A stretch of DNA of 64,000 bases from an uncultured Acidimicrobiia bacterium (GTDB lineage: Bacteria; Acidobacteriota; Terriglobia; Versatilivoradales; Versatilivoraceae): assembly GCA_963786955.1 (NCBI GenBank), contig CAWBAT010000005.1, positions 608,001 through 672,000 on the forward strand, read 5' to 3'. The translations under genes and the position numbers were made by a program. Below, in pieces: positions 1-10,642 of this stretch (position 1 is its first letter; every line of letters starts with the position of its first letter). Below the pieces are notes generated by a model. That model ran no database searches, was not told the DNA's origin, and saw only the letters and a list, made by a program, of their open reading frames with translations.

Positions 1-830
1 AGCGGCTTACGGGTATGTAGACATGGGGGGATGGATTGGGGGGCAGGCGGAGTATGTGATGGTACCGTATGCGGACTTCAACCTGTTGAAGTTTCCCGAC
101 AAGGCGCGGGCGATGACGAAGATCCGGGATTTGACGCTGTTTGTCGGACATTTTTCCGACGGGGTATCACGGGGCGGTGAGTGCGGGGACCGGGCCGGGA
201 TCGGTGGTGTATATCGCAGGGGCGGGGCCGGTAGGGTTGGCCAGTGCGGCCTCGGCACAGTTACTGGGAGCGGCCTGTGTGATTGTGGGAGATTTGATCC
301 CGGAGCGGTTGGCGCAGGCGAAGAGTTTCGGGTGTGAAGTGGTGGATGTGTCGAAGAAGGCGACGATTGCCGAGCAGATTGAGCAGATTGTGGGAGTCCC
401 GGAAGTGGATTGTGCGGTGGACTGCGTAGGGTTTGAAGCACGGGGACATGGATCGGACTCGGGGAAAGAAGCGCCGGCGACGGTCTTGAACTCGTTGATG
501 GAGATTACGCGGGCAGGCGGAGCGCTGGGCATTCCGGGGTTGTATGTGACGGGAGATCCGGGCGGAGTGGATGAGAACGCCAAAGTCGGACGGTTGAGCA
601 TCCGGATCGGATTAGGCTGGGCGAAGTCGCATTTCTTCACGACAGGACAATGCCCGGTGATGAAATACAACCGGGCGTTGATGACGGCGATTCTCTACGA
701 CAAGATTCAGATCGCCAAGGCGGTAAACGTGACGGTGATTTCACTGGATGAGGCGCCGCAAGGGTACAAGGATTTCGACAAAGGCGCGGCCAAGAAGTTT
801 GTCATCGATCCGCACAAATCGGTCAAGTAA
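1..830 (+). CDS. fdhA: Glutathione-independent formaldehyde dehydrogenase (Zn-MDR); 5' truncated by window edge, +1 frameshift near 140
   Basis: GYVDMGGWIGGQAEYVMVPYADFNLLKFP...DLTL joins LSDIFPTGYHGA, GAGPVG, GQCPVMKYNR, KKFVIDPH; one extra T in ctgtttgtcg. Confidence 0.9.
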
Positions 831-850
831 TCACAGATCGCTCCGGTTAA

Positions 851-899
851 AAACAAAAACGCCGCAGATCGGGAAATTCGGTCTGCGGCGTTTTTGTTT
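851..899. terminator. Bidirectional intrinsic terminator
   Basis: aaacaaaaacgccgcagatcgg-gaaa-ttcggtctgcggcgtttttgttt right after the fdhA stop. Confidence 0.85.
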
Positions 900-904
900 A
901 GGTT

Positions 905-1316
905 GTAGGGAACGCTCGCCGTAGCGTTCCAGGCAGTCACGGCCCACCATTGTCTCTCGCAAAGGCTCAATGAACGCGAGGTGGAGCGGACGCATGGGAC
1001 ACCGTCCCCCTGCGCAGGCTTGAAGGAGATTGGGAGGAGTAAGTGCAGACGCCACCTCCCTGAAATCTCCCCCTGTGCAAGGGGGGACCACTGTGGGCTG
1101 CGGGGGATGTCTTGCTGCAGCAATCCTATTTGTCATTTGTCAATTCCCATTTGCCATTTTTGATTTAAGCTTTTCAATGGAAAATGATAAATGAACAATC
1201 AACAATGACAAATTACTCTTCTTTAGAAGTCGCTCACCCCCAACCCTTCTCCCGCGTTGGGGCCAGGGGGGACCGTCGCTGGCATAATGAACGCGCGACG
1301 GAGCGCGCATTCCACC
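905..1316. repeat. Cluster of REP-like palindromes and inverted heptamer array
   Basis: GTAG-GGAACGCT..AGCGTTCC (905-930); ccccctgtgcaagggggg; CATTTGT-type heptamers 1128-1214; GTGG-type REP 1286-1316 also found at 61491-61525. Confidence 0.7.
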
Positions 1317-1353
1317 CGGGGGCAGGGGGAGCCGATGCTGGGAGCTCGGTGCT

Positions 1354-2487
1354 TTATTCCCCTCCCGTGGCTTCCGAAGGCGCAGTTCTATTCCCTACCT
1401 GCTCAGGAACCGCTGACATTCGCCGTTCCCATTCCTGTTTTTCTTCGTAGAGGATTCTAAATACTGCCTGGGTCACGGAAAAGATGACAGGCCCAGCAAA
1501 AAGACCAAGCAGCCCAAAGGCCTGCACTCCTCCCATTAATGCAAAGAAGATCATGAGCGTGTTTAGCTCCACGCCTTTCTTGAGCAGCAGGGGACGAATG
1601 ACGTTATCGACCATTCCTACTAGAACCGCGCTCCATATCAAAAGAAATACGGCTTTGCCATATGACCCGGCAACGACTAATGTGATCACACCCGGCACCC
1701 ATACCAGGGCAGTGCCCACGAGAGGAATCAACGAGGCAAATGAGGCCATCGTCCCCCAGATTATCGGAGACGGAAGACTGGCGATGGCAAAACCAACTCC
1801 CACCAATATTCCTTGCAATCCGGCGACCGCTACCATGCCGTACAAATTGGCGACAATCGCATTGGCCATGAGATTTAGCAGCTCGTTGGTCCGATCGTGT
1901 CCCAGCGGGACATAGGTTATGAGCAATCGGTAGAAATCACTTCCACTCCTGAATAGGAAGAACATGATAAAAAGGACCAGGAGCACCATGCCGATGGTGC
2001 TGGCAATATTACTGAACAGAGAGCTAGCCCACGATATGGAAGCCGTGCTCATTGCCTTTATCCTAGAAAGAAGCATGACCCGAAGGTCCGGCGCGGCGAC
2101 ACCTGTCTTTTTCGCCACCCACTCCACGGGTCCCTCTACCAAATGATTGTACAAATTGGTCCACCCCCCTTCTTGCTGGCTTTGTGCCTCGAGTTGGTAG
2201 TAGAGTTCGCGCCCTTCATTCGCTCCTTTGACTCCCAAATAAGCCAAAGGGCCCAATACCACCAAGACCATCAACAAAATGGTCAGTAGGGCCGATCCGC
2301 TTGGATTACGGATCCGAGTCTGAATCAGCCGGAACACCGGCTGGAAGGAAAGTGTCAAAAGGATCGCCCACAGGATCGGTTTTGAAAAAGGCAGGACTAT
2401 CAGATACACCCCATACAAGAGCAGGAACAGAAGCCCGATCAGGCAGAACAAGGAGAAACTTTTCTTGGGTTCAAGGCCTGGCGTCAT
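1354..2487 (-). CDS. AI-2E (PerM/TqsA) family transporter
   Basis: Multi-TM; LIPLVGTALVWVP, DNVIRPLL, GGVQAFGLLGLFAGP. Confidence 0.9.
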   Translation of the reverse strand: MTPGLEPKKSFSLFCLIGLLFLLLYGVYLIVLPFSKPILWAILLTLSFQPVFRLIQTRIRNPSGSALLTILLMVLVVLGPLAYLGVKGANEGRELYYQLEAQSQQEGGWTNLYNHLVEGPVEWVAKKTGVAAPDLRVMLLSRIKAMSTASISWASSLFSNIASTIGMVLLVLFIMFFLFRSGSDFYRLLITYVPLGHDRTNELLNLMANAIVANLYGMVAVAGLQGILVGVGFAIASLPSPIIWGTMASFASLIPLVGTALVWVPGVITLVVAGSYGKAVFLLIWSAVLVGMVDNVIRPLLLKKGVELNTLMIFFALMGGVQAFGLLGLFAGPVIFSVTQAVFRILYEEKQEWERRMSAVPEQVGNRTAPSEATGGE

Positions 2488-2765
2488 CTAAGATCTCCTC
2501 ACTCAATGCGAATCACTGGTCTGGTTTTTCTGAATATCTCGACTGTACCCTAGCAAAACGAATGCCGGGATTCAAGTGATGCCTGGAACGCTCGAACTTT
2601 TCTTGCTTTCTTCTTTCCCTAAAAAGAGTTAGTTTTTTATCGCACCGCTATTTCCTACCCGGGCCGTTCTGGTCTTGAGTTGGCATAAGTCTCATCAGCC
2701 TTCGAACAGCTTTCTTAAGATCGTAATCAGAGGATTGAAACCATGCAACGACACGCTGCAACTCC

Positions 2766-4154
2766 ATGCGAGGAAAAATGACTCCACCCTTTAAGACAGC
2801 CCTTCGTCAACCAGAAGGGAAACCACATGAAGGCAGTCTCGTTTTCGTTTACCTGGTCTCTATCGTGGCTGCTGTAGGAGGGTTTCTGTTTGGTTTTGAT
2901 ACAGCCGTGATTAATGGCGCATTGCCATTTTTGAGGGAAACTTTTCAGCTGACCGATGTACAGATCGAAATTGCAGCCAGCAGCCTGTTGCTCGGATGTG
3001 TCATCGGCGTCAGTTTCGCCGGCTCGCTGAGCGATCGCTATGGACGAAAGCGGATTCTGTTTCTGGCGGCAGGACTTTTCTTTCTCTCCGCGGTTGGAGC
3101 TGCCATTCCCAGCAACCTGGCTCAATTCATTGCCGCGCGCTTTGTTGGAGGGCTCGCCATTGGCGTGGCCTCGATGCTCTCTCCCCTGTATATCGCCGAA
3201 ATCGCCCCGGCAGAGATCCGGGGACGACTGGTTTCGTTAAATCAAATGGCGATCATCACTGGGATTACCTGTTCTTATTTTGTGAGTTGGGTGCTCTCTG
3301 GTATCGGCGTCTCCAGCTGGCGCTGGATGTTTGGAGTCGCCGGGGTTCCTTCGTTGCTCTTTGCCCTGGGAATATTGTCTATGCCGGAAAGTCCACGCTG
3401 GCTGGTCAAGCAGGGAAAGTTTGAGCTGGCCGGAAAGATCCTCTCGCAAGTCAGTGGAAAGAGGCAGGCTCAGCTAGAATTGGAAGAGATTAAGGAAGCG
3501 ATTGCACAGGAGGAAGGCTCAATTGTTCAACTCTTCCAGCCGGGCCTGAGGCGACCGATGCTGATAGCCATTGCTCTCGCTATTCTTCAACAAGTTACCG
3601 GGATCAATACGATCCTCTATTACAGCTCCATCATCTTGACCCGGAACAATGCCTCATCTGCCAGTGATGCTCTACGGGCTAACGTCGTCGTTGGGCTGAT
3701 TAGTTTTGTGGCTACCCTGATGGCGCTCTGGATCATCGATAAGGTAGGACGAAAACCCTTGCTGCTGACAGCCTCTGGAGGCATGGCCCTATCTTTGATT
3801 GGATTGGGAATCGCCTTCCACGGAGCCTCTCCGCCCCAACTCTTAATCCTGGTGATGATTTTTTCTTACGTGGCATTTTTTTCAGTGGGGATGGGTCCTG
3901 GCGTGTGGGTTATCATTTCTGAGTTGTTTCCCACGAGTGTTCGCGGAAGAGCCATGGCCATTGCCACCGTCTTCTTGTGGGCCGCCTGCTTGTTGGTGAC
4001 CTTGTCGTTCTTGTCTTTGATGAATGTTCTCACACCTTCTGGCACGTTCTGGCTTTATGCCTTCCTCTGCGTCATCACACTCGTATTCATCTGGAGATTT
4101 CTCCCGGAGACAAAAGGAAAGACCCTGGAGGAAATTGAGAAGTGGTGGAGATAG
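2766..4154 (+). CDS. Sugar porter family MFS transporter
   Basis: GGFLFGFDTAVING, DRYGRK, PESPRWL, QQVTGINTILYY, PETKGKTLEEIE. Confidence 0.95.
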   Translation: MRGKMTPPFKTALRQPEGKPHEGSLVFVYLVSIVAAVGGFLFGFDTAVINGALPFLRETFQLTDVQIEIAASSLLLGCVIGVSFAGSLSDRYGRKRILFLAAGLFFLSAVGAAIPSNLAQFIAARFVGGLAIGVASMLSPLYIAEIAPAEIRGRLVSLNQMAIITGITCSYFVSWVLSGIGVSSWRWMFGVAGVPSLLFALGILSMPESPRWLVKQGKFELAGKILSQVSGKRQAQLELEEIKEAIAQEEGSIVQLFQPGLRRPMLIAIALAILQQVTGINTILYYSSIILTRNNASSASDALRANVVVGLISFVATLMALWIIDKVGRKPLLLTASGGMALSLIGLGIAFHGASPPQLLILVMIFSYVAFFSVGMGPGVWVIISELFPTSVRGRAMAIATVFLWAACLLVTLSFLSLMNVLTPSGTFWLYAFLCVITLVFIWRFLPETKGKTLEEIEKWWR

Positions 4155-4182
4155 CTTGAGCGGCGGGAAGCGAGAAAGAGGA

Positions 4183-4230
4183 AATTATTGGTCATTGGTC
4201 ATTGGCCATCGTTCATTGTTCATTTGATAT
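4183..4230. repeat. Heptamer tandem array (CATTGGT/CATTGTT)
   Basis: ttggtcattggtcattggccatcgttcattgttcatttg. Confidence 0.7.
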
Positions 4231-4747
4231 TTGTGATTGGCTTTGGCTATTCTAAATTTGATTGACTCGTGAAATCCAAAATACCTCAGACATCTGAGGA
4301 GTCTGCGCTACTCATTTTCTCGCTTATTCGCGTTCATTCGCGTATATCTGCGGCTCTCATTCTTATCGTTTCTAAGAGAAAGCCATGATCTTTGCCCATT
4401 TGATATCGGTGATTTATCAGCTATTTTCGACCTGTTCGCGGAGGAACCAAAGTGATGGATCGTTGCACTAATTTCGGTTGGCAGGTGTCTCAAAATCGTT
4501 GACACTCTCCGCTGCCTTAGACAATCATACCCGACATTCGGAATCGGAAAATGGTAGGGCCGATCGAGTGTCATAAAGGTATCTTTGCATGGTGGGGGTA
4601 TCTTTCGACTCGAAGGCGTGCAGCTCGTGGAGGGGTCCGTTGTTGGGAAAGGGCTCAGTCTGGTGCAAAGTTTGGCGGTGCGTAATGATAAGTGGAATGT
4701 AGGCGTGATGTGACGTTAAGAGCGCAAAGGCTCCCACGATCATCATT

Positions 4748-4890
4748 GTGAACAGCTACCGAGTCAAGCCCGAGTCGTATGGCACCTTGAAGGAAATCAC
4801 CGACGTTCTGAGGGAAAACGCGGAGCTCAAGGTCCTGATCTTGGACCATACGGAGTCGGACGGCATAGCGGAAATCCGGCTCGAAGTAAA
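4748..4890 (+). pseudogene. OmpA C-terminal domain remnant
   Basis: RVKPESYGTLKEITDVLRENAELKVLILDHTESDG resembles the OmpA-like ..GHTD.. segment; rest of domain absent. Confidence 0.55.
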
Positions 4891-4908
4891 TCATAGCGGA
4901 GGCGAGAT

Positions 4909-5727
4909 TTGGTCAGAAGCAGTCGGAGAACGTCGGCATCTGTCGCGATTGCCGCCATCGTCATAGCAAGTGGCGCGCTGTTGGCAGAGGGCGCGCTCGT
5001 GCAACTCGGCCTCACGGAGGCCGCCGCGCGCAAGTTTTTGTTCGATGAAATCAAGAGTCCCGCATCGAGCCGCAGAAGCGAGATTGTGGTCGCCGGCAAT
5101 CGGGCGTTTCTCAAGCTTCCGCCCTCCGCTCGCGGCCCGGCTGCCACGGCTCTGTTTACCTGGGCTAAGGCCTACGTCAACTCGCCTACGTTCAAGACCC
5201 TCTATACCAACTACCGCAGAGACGTGGGAGTGCCGCCAAAGCAGCTCACTGTCGACGAGGAAGTTCGGAAAACCCTGGACGACATGCTGGCCGGAGTGGA
5301 GCAGGCTAAGCGGATGGCGGCCTTGATGCCCCCTGCTGACCGTGCCGGCGCTCTCGAACAGATCAATCACGGCGAGGCCATCGCACGGGATCCTGAGACC
5401 TTTAAGAAGCTCAAAGCTCAGATGGAAGCTGCTCGGGGCCAGTCGGCTGGAAACGGCGCGCTTGCCAAAGACGCGGAAGAGGCGCTTCCCGCCGACCCTC
5501 AGAAGCTCTTCGCGCGCCGATTGCGCGAGTTCCTGAAGGCGACGGCCGACACCAACTTCTCGGCCAGGACCATCAGCCTCACTGGCGGCGCCGACGGCAT
5601 CGAGTTCGTCGATCCCGCCGACAGGAAAAAGTCGTGGGTTTGGCAGGCAGCAGTCATCGCGGGCCAGGAGGCCTCCACGGCAGCCCGCGCTGCGGCCGAG
5701 TCCTGGCTGAAGGAGATCGAGAAATGA
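4909..5727 (+). CDS. Secreted helical hypothetical protein
   Basis: 272 aa, GGAGG RBS, signal peptide, ATGA overlap with next gene. Confidence 0.8.
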   Translation: MVRSSRRTSASVAIAAIVIASGALLAEGALVQLGLTEAAARKFLFDEIKSPASSRRSEIVVAGNRAFLKLPPSARGPAATALFTWAKAYVNSPTFKTLYTNYRRDVGVPPKQLTVDEEVRKTLDDMLAGVEQAKRMAALMPPADRAGALEQINHGEAIARDPETFKKLKAQMEAARGQSAGNGALAKDAEEALPADPQKLFARRLREFLKATADTNFSARTISLTGGADGIEFVDPADRKKSWVWQAAVIAGQEASTAARAAAESWLKEIEK

Positions 5728-6980
5728 ATCGACGACGCGCGCTCACGCTTTTGGCCGCTTCCCCTTGGGTTGCCTCACGTGCCTGGGCACAAATCCGTCC
5801 CTCAGCAAAATGCCGCGTATTCCTCGGAACTCATGGACTGCTCCTCGAACCGGGAGGGACGCTCAGAACTTGGCTCATACAGGAACGAAGCGATGGCTTG
5901 GCGCCAGATTGGCTTGGCCTTGGGCACAACAAGCCCTTGAGCGCGTTCACTCTGGTGGCGGTTCCGGGCCTCACCAACGTCGTCAAAGCGGCGGCCGGAA
6001 ACGCATGCTCCTTCGCGGTGCTCGCCGATGGCCGGCTGCTCTCCTGGGGCTGGAACGCCGGCAGCGGCCGCCTCGGCACCACACCGCTATCGGTGGTTGA
6101 AGCGACGGCCTCCTGGGCACCGAACTCGAATCTGCCAGTGCCTTTGGCGACGAAATTTGACGCCGTCGATGTTTCCTCGCAGGACTCCCACGTTCTGGCG
6201 CTAGCCCGCGACGGCAGCGTCTATGCGTGGGGCAAAGGAGACAGAGGACAGCTCGGCATTGGTCCGTTGCCCATCATCAAGTTCAAAACCCATACGCCGT
6301 CTGCAATGACGTATGTGCCGTTTCCCGTGCGCATTCCGAATTTGACGGACGTCGCGGCCATCAGCGCCGGGCGCGAACACTCGCTGGCGTTGCTCAAGGA
6401 TGGAACGGTTAGAGGTTGGGGTAGCAATAAGCTCGGAGAGGTCGGTGATGGCACGACCATCGATCGCGACCGGCCAGTGCCGGTTCAGGGTGTTCGCAAT
6501 GCGGTGGCACTTGCCACCGGCGGCGATGGGTTCTCGGCGGCCCTTCTGGCCGACGGCACCGTAATGACCTGGGGAAGCTCAGCCAACGGGGCACTTGGCC
6601 GGGCGCCGTGGGTCGGTGAGAGCGCCCCTAGCCCGACACCTGCACTCGTGCCTGGGGTGCAAGGCATTCGGGCTATCGGGGCCGGACTTCGTCACATGAT
6701 CGCACTGACCGAAACCGGAACCATCATCTCGTGGGGAGACGACACGTACGGCAACCTGGGCCGAGACAACAATAAGACAAACGTGCCGGGTGTCATCAAG
6801 TCGCTGACGGGTGTTCAGTCCATCTTCACGATTAATTCGGTCTGCTTTGCGGTCCTCGCGAGTGGCCGCATCATGAACTGGGGTGGCGGGGTGCGTCCCT
6901 GGACGCGGCCTGGCGGTGGAATGAACTGGATCAGTCGCTCGCCGATCCTGCTCTGGCTCGACGGACTGGATCAACCGTAG
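5724..6980 (+). CDS. RCC1/BLIP-II repeat beta-propeller protein, Tat-like signal
   Basis: MNRRRALTLL signal; repeats HVLALARDGSVYAWGKGDRGQLG, HSLALLKDGTVRGWGSNKLGEVG. Confidence 0.9.
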   Translation: MNRRRALTLLAASPWVASRAWAQIRPSAKCRVFLGTHGLLLEPGGTLRTWLIQERSDGLAPDWLGLGHNKPLSAFTLVAVPGLTNVVKAAAGNACSFAVLADGRLLSWGWNAGSGRLGTTPLSVVEATASWAPNSNLPVPLATKFDAVDVSSQDSHVLALARDGSVYAWGKGDRGQLGIGPLPIIKFKTHTPSAMTYVPFPVRIPNLTDVAAISAGREHSLALLKDGTVRGWGSNKLGEVGDGTTIDRDRPVPVQGVRNAVALATGGDGFSAALLADGTVMTWGSSANGALGRAPWVGESAPSPTPALVPGVQGIRAIGAGLRHMIALTETGTIISWGDDTYGNLGRDNNKTNVPGVIKSLTGVQSIFTINSVCFAVLASGRIMNWGGGVRPWTRPGGGMNWISRSPILLWLDGLDQP

Positions 6981-7050
6981 GAACTTGATTCGCTGCGCGC
7001 CAAGTCGAGAACCTGGAAACGAACGTTCTCTGCGGTCCAAAGAGGAAACC

Positions 7051-8133
7051 ATGATCAAGAGGACATTTCTTATCGTCATTCTGTTCCTTGCCGTTTTTCG
7101 TTCCGCAGTATTCGCCGAGACCACGGTCTGCGATGATGCCGCAATCATGTCGCTGAAGGGGAAATGGGTAACCCAGCATGCCCCTCGGCCCTCACCCAAG
7201 GAGGTCACAAACGAGCAGTACTTGCAGATCACAAAGCGCGCGGATGCCGTTCATCCCTTGCTGTTGGAGACCTACCCGGAACTGGTGGGCATACAGGAAG
7301 GACGATGGTGGCACGGAGGTGGTGCGCCGAGTTCTTTCGCCCCAGGACTTCTTGCCTATTACTATGTTGGCGGCCTCAGTCAGTACTTCTGCGCGCCTAA
7401 CGCATCACCGGATTCCATCTTAGGGAAATTGGGGGCGCCCTTTAATCCCGTCTATGTCCGTGGAGCAGCCGAGACGAATCTGATGGTGACTTTCAACGGC
7501 GGGTTCCCGATGACGACGGCGGGAATGACCGTGGACGGACTCCAGGTGTTCCATCGTCTGCGCCCGGCAGGCACCTGGAAAGGCTACGAGCTGTACGTTC
7601 CACAGCAGAATGCAATCGAAAAGGGAGGCCTGGTGCTGTTGACCCGAAAGGGCATGCTGCCCTATCGCCCGGTCACGCGGAAGCAGTATCTCGATTACAA
7701 GATCGCAGAAATCCAGCGTTTTTACGACGACACTACCGCTGCCGCAAATGAGATCTTGAAAAATCCGGATGCGTCACGCGTGCCGGAATTCGTAGAAGGA
7801 GCAAAGCGGAGCCTTGCCGACGCAGCCAGGATGAGAGATGAACGCACCGCACCGTTTCAGGAGGAGTTGAAGAAGAACACGGCTGACAAGACACTCGGCT
7901 CCCTGGCGATCGTGGAAGGAGAGGGTCCCGACATCTTCACAACCGAGGAGAAAGGGGGCAAGGCACTCGTGACTGTGAACCAGGACTACTTTCGGAAGGA
8001 TCTCCCACCCTACGTGCCGCAGTTCATCGTGGTCCAATGGCAATTGCAGGTGGGTGTGGCGTCCAGCTACTTTAAGAAGATGGTAGAAGCCAACCTTCCG
8101 ATTGAGAAGTTCCAGGCCATGATCGACAGGTAG
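7051..8133 (+). CDS. Secreted hypothetical protein (paralog A)
   Basis: GAGG RBS, signal peptide, strong similarity to 8308..9423. Confidence 0.85.
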   Translation: MIKRTFLIVILFLAVFRSAVFAETTVCDDAAIMSLKGKWVTQHAPRPSPKEVTNEQYLQITKRADAVHPLLLETYPELVGIQEGRWWHGGGAPSSFAPGLLAYYYVGGLSQYFCAPNASPDSILGKLGAPFNPVYVRGAAETNLMVTFNGGFPMTTAGMTVDGLQVFHRLRPAGTWKGYELYVPQQNAIEKGGLVLLTRKGMLPYRPVTRKQYLDYKIAEIQRFYDDTTAAANEILKNPDASRVPEFVEGAKRSLADAARMRDERTAPFQEELKKNTADKTLGSLAIVEGEGPDIFTTEEKGGKALVTVNQDYFRKDLPPYVPQFIVVQWQLQVGVASSYFKKMVEANLPIEKFQAMIDR

Positions 8134-8307
8134 GACATGATGACACTCCTTGTCCTGCCGTTAATTTCGAGTCATGCCCTGAAGACTTTCCAATCGGGTA
8201 TCGCTTAAGTAAGAGGGCATTCAATGCTGGTAGCAACGGGCTTTAGCCGGGCCGCCTAAAGGCGGTACTACGAACGGGACCATCGTCTGCGGTCCGAAGA
8301 GGAAACC

Positions 8308-9423
8308 ATGATCAAGAGAACCGTTCTTACCGCCGTTCTTTGCCTCGGCATCTGCAACTCCGCAGCGTTCGCCCAGGCACCGCCCATCTGCAACGACTCG
8401 ATGATCATGGCGACCAAGGGAAAATGGAAAGCTCCTTCTAACAGCCTACGGCCCCCACGAGAGTTAGTCACCAATGAACATTACCGGGAGGTCACAAACC
8501 GCATCGACGCCGTCCATCCGTTGCTGCTGGAGGCCTATCCGGACCTGTCGGGCATGGAGGCAAGGTGGATGAGGGATGGTCCTGTGACATCTCGCTACAG
8601 CGCAGAAATTATCAAGTATGAGTATTCCTACTTCGCCACCCTCTACAATTACTCCTGTTTGCTGGACGCGAGACCAGGGTCACCCGCAGCGCTGGCGGGC
8701 GCGCCTTTCAGACCCCTCCTCAACGGAGAGACCGGTACCTATTTCATAGTGAAGTTCAATGGGGGGTTCTTGTCGGAGGACATCAACCCGAAGTTCACGG
8801 TAAACGGACGCCGGGTGCTCCTTCTTGAGCGCCCGACAGAAACCTGGAAAGGCTACGACGTGTATAGAACCCCTACCGAAGTCGGCAAGCCTGTACATGG
8901 CAAGGTGATACTGACCCGAAAGGGCATGCGGCCCTATCGCCCGATCACCCGTAAGCAATACCTCGATTACATGATCGAGACGGTGCATCGTCAATTCGAC
9001 GACATGATCGCGGGCGCGAAGAAGACTCTCCAAATGCCAGAAGATCCACTCGGTATAAAGGACGGGGTACGGCAGATGCTTGCCGACGCAACCAAGGCCA
9101 GGGAGTCCATCAGCGCACGGTTTCAGGAAGAGTTGAAGGAGAATGAGGCCGACAAAACGCTCAACTCCCCTGCGATCGTGGATGGGATAGAAAAAACAAG
9201 ATTCTTTGAGAGCCCCAACGTCTTCACGACCGAGGAAAAGGGCGGCCAGGCGCTTGTGACTGTGAACCCAGACTACTTTCGGAAGAATCTCCCGCCTTAT
9301 GTGCCGCAGGTCATCGTGGTCCATTGGATATGGGAGGAGCAGTATGTGGCGAAAACGTACTATGGGAAGAAAGTGGAAGCCAACCTTCCGATTGAGAAAT
9401 TCCAAGCCATGATCGACAAGTAG
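8308..9423 (+). CDS. Secreted hypothetical protein (paralog B)
   Basis: Shares LTRKGMxPYRPxTRKQYLDY and VEANLPIEKFQAMID with paralog A. Confidence 0.85.
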   Translation: MIKRTVLTAVLCLGICNSAAFAQAPPICNDSMIMATKGKWKAPSNSLRPPRELVTNEHYREVTNRIDAVHPLLLEAYPDLSGMEARWMRDGPVTSRYSAEIIKYEYSYFATLYNYSCLLDARPGSPAALAGAPFRPLLNGETGTYFIVKFNGGFLSEDINPKFTVNGRRVLLLERPTETWKGYDVYRTPTEVGKPVHGKVILTRKGMRPYRPITRKQYLDYMIETVHRQFDDMIAGAKKTLQMPEDPLGIKDGVRQMLADATKARESISARFQEELKENEADKTLNSPAIVDGIEKTRFFESPNVFTTEEKGGQALVTVNPDYFRKNLPPYVPQVIVVHWIWEEQYVAKTYYGKKVEANLPIEKFQAMIDK

Positions 9424-9495
9424 GGCAATGAAGATCGCCCTTCTCCTGCCGTTCGCCGCTGAGGACAGCGGCTCCCACTCTCTGTTTATCTGCGG

Positions 9496-10530
9496 CTAGT
9501 CGGATTTATCTTCTTCGAGATTTTGCACAAACTGCCAGCCGAAGCGGCCTTTGATGCAGAGATTTCCATGAGTGACGTCGTGGTCGAGGGGTGAAGTGGC
9601 TTTGACAATACGATTGTCTTGAACGTGCAGCGTTAAGTTGCACCCGACACCGCAGTAAGGGCAAATGGTTTGAGTCTGGGTTTGTTGTGATTCATCCCAG
9701 GTCCCGGCCTGCCGCATCTCATATTCACTGAGAAACATCAAAGCCCCGGTCGGACAAACTCCAATACAGTTGCCGCAATAGACGCAGGCTGATTCAGGCA
9801 GAGGGACGGCATGCTCGGTGGAGATGCGGGCCTCGAAGCCTCGCCCCGCAACTGCAATGGCAAACGTGTTCTGAGCATCCACTCCGCAAGCTTCAACGCA
9901 CTTATAACAAAGGATACATTTCCCGTAGTCGCGCACATAGAGTTCGTTATCGAACTTCGTGGGCTGTGCCACGGTGGCAGCCTGTCTTCCGCCATTCCCC
10001 GGCGGGGTATGAATGCCAGGCCGGGCCGCGTCACGCTCTCCTGTTTCCGCTGGAACGGCCTTGGTTCCAAAACGTTCCGGACGCGCTCCGTATTGCTTCA
10101 TATAATGCTGCAACTCCGGCGCGGTCGACACGTCAACCGAGGAGGCCAGAAATTCCAAGACCAGCCGCCGACTCAGCCGGACGCGCTCCGTTTCTGTTTT
10201 CACGATCATTCCCGCCTCAGCCTTTCGGGAACAGGCAGGCACTAAAGTTCGAGAACCTTCCACCTCGACGACACAAATTCGACACACATTCACAGGCGTG
10301 AGGTTCTCCAGGTAACAAAGCGTTGGCGTATCGATATTCAGCTGGCGGCAGGCTTGCAAAAGAGTTGTGCCTTCAGGGACCGAAATGACCTGACCATTGA
10401 CGGTTAAACTCACCGGACGTTTCTCGGGGGGGGCCGGGATTTCCGGCAGCGGTCCACGCGGAACCGGGTTAATGGAAGGCCCCTTCCAATTAGGGGGTAA
10501 TGGATTATTTTTATGAGAATGAACGGACAT
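9496..10530 (-). CDS. Formate dehydrogenase Fe-S subunit (NuoG-N-like 2Fe-2S + 2x4Fe-4S + C-terminal molybdopterin Fe4S4 domain)
   Basis: PTLCY..CRICVVE..PACS; CILCYKCVEAC; CVYCGNCIGVCP; TICPYCGVGC..LCIKGRFG. Confidence 0.9.
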   Translation of the reverse strand: MSVHSHKNNPLPPNWKGPSINPVPRGPLPEIPAPPEKRPVSLTVNGQVISVPEGTTLLQACRQLNIDTPTLCYLENLTPVNVCRICVVEVEGSRTLVPACSRKAEAGMIVKTETERVRLSRRLVLEFLASSVDVSTAPELQHYMKQYGARPERFGTKAVPAETGERDAARPGIHTPPGNGGRQAATVAQPTKFDNELYVRDYGKCILCYKCVEACGVDAQNTFAIAVAGRGFEARISTEHAVPLPESACVYCGNCIGVCPTGALMFLSEYEMRQAGTWDESQQTQTQTICPYCGVGCNLTLHVQDNRIVKATSPLDHDVTHGNLCIKGRFGWQFVQNLEEDKSD

Positions 10531-10642
10531 TTATGATTTCTGGATTATTCGAATTTGAGCATGGAGACACAATAACAGGAACAACGTACGCAGTTCCAAA
10601 AACGACGACTTTTCCAGTTTGGGTTTTCCCGTTTTCCTCGAT

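Noticed and set aside
7051-9423. Diversity-generating retroelement TR/VR pair
   Set aside because: Both copies are full-length genes, differences are not adenine-restricted, and there is no reverse transcriptase in the window.
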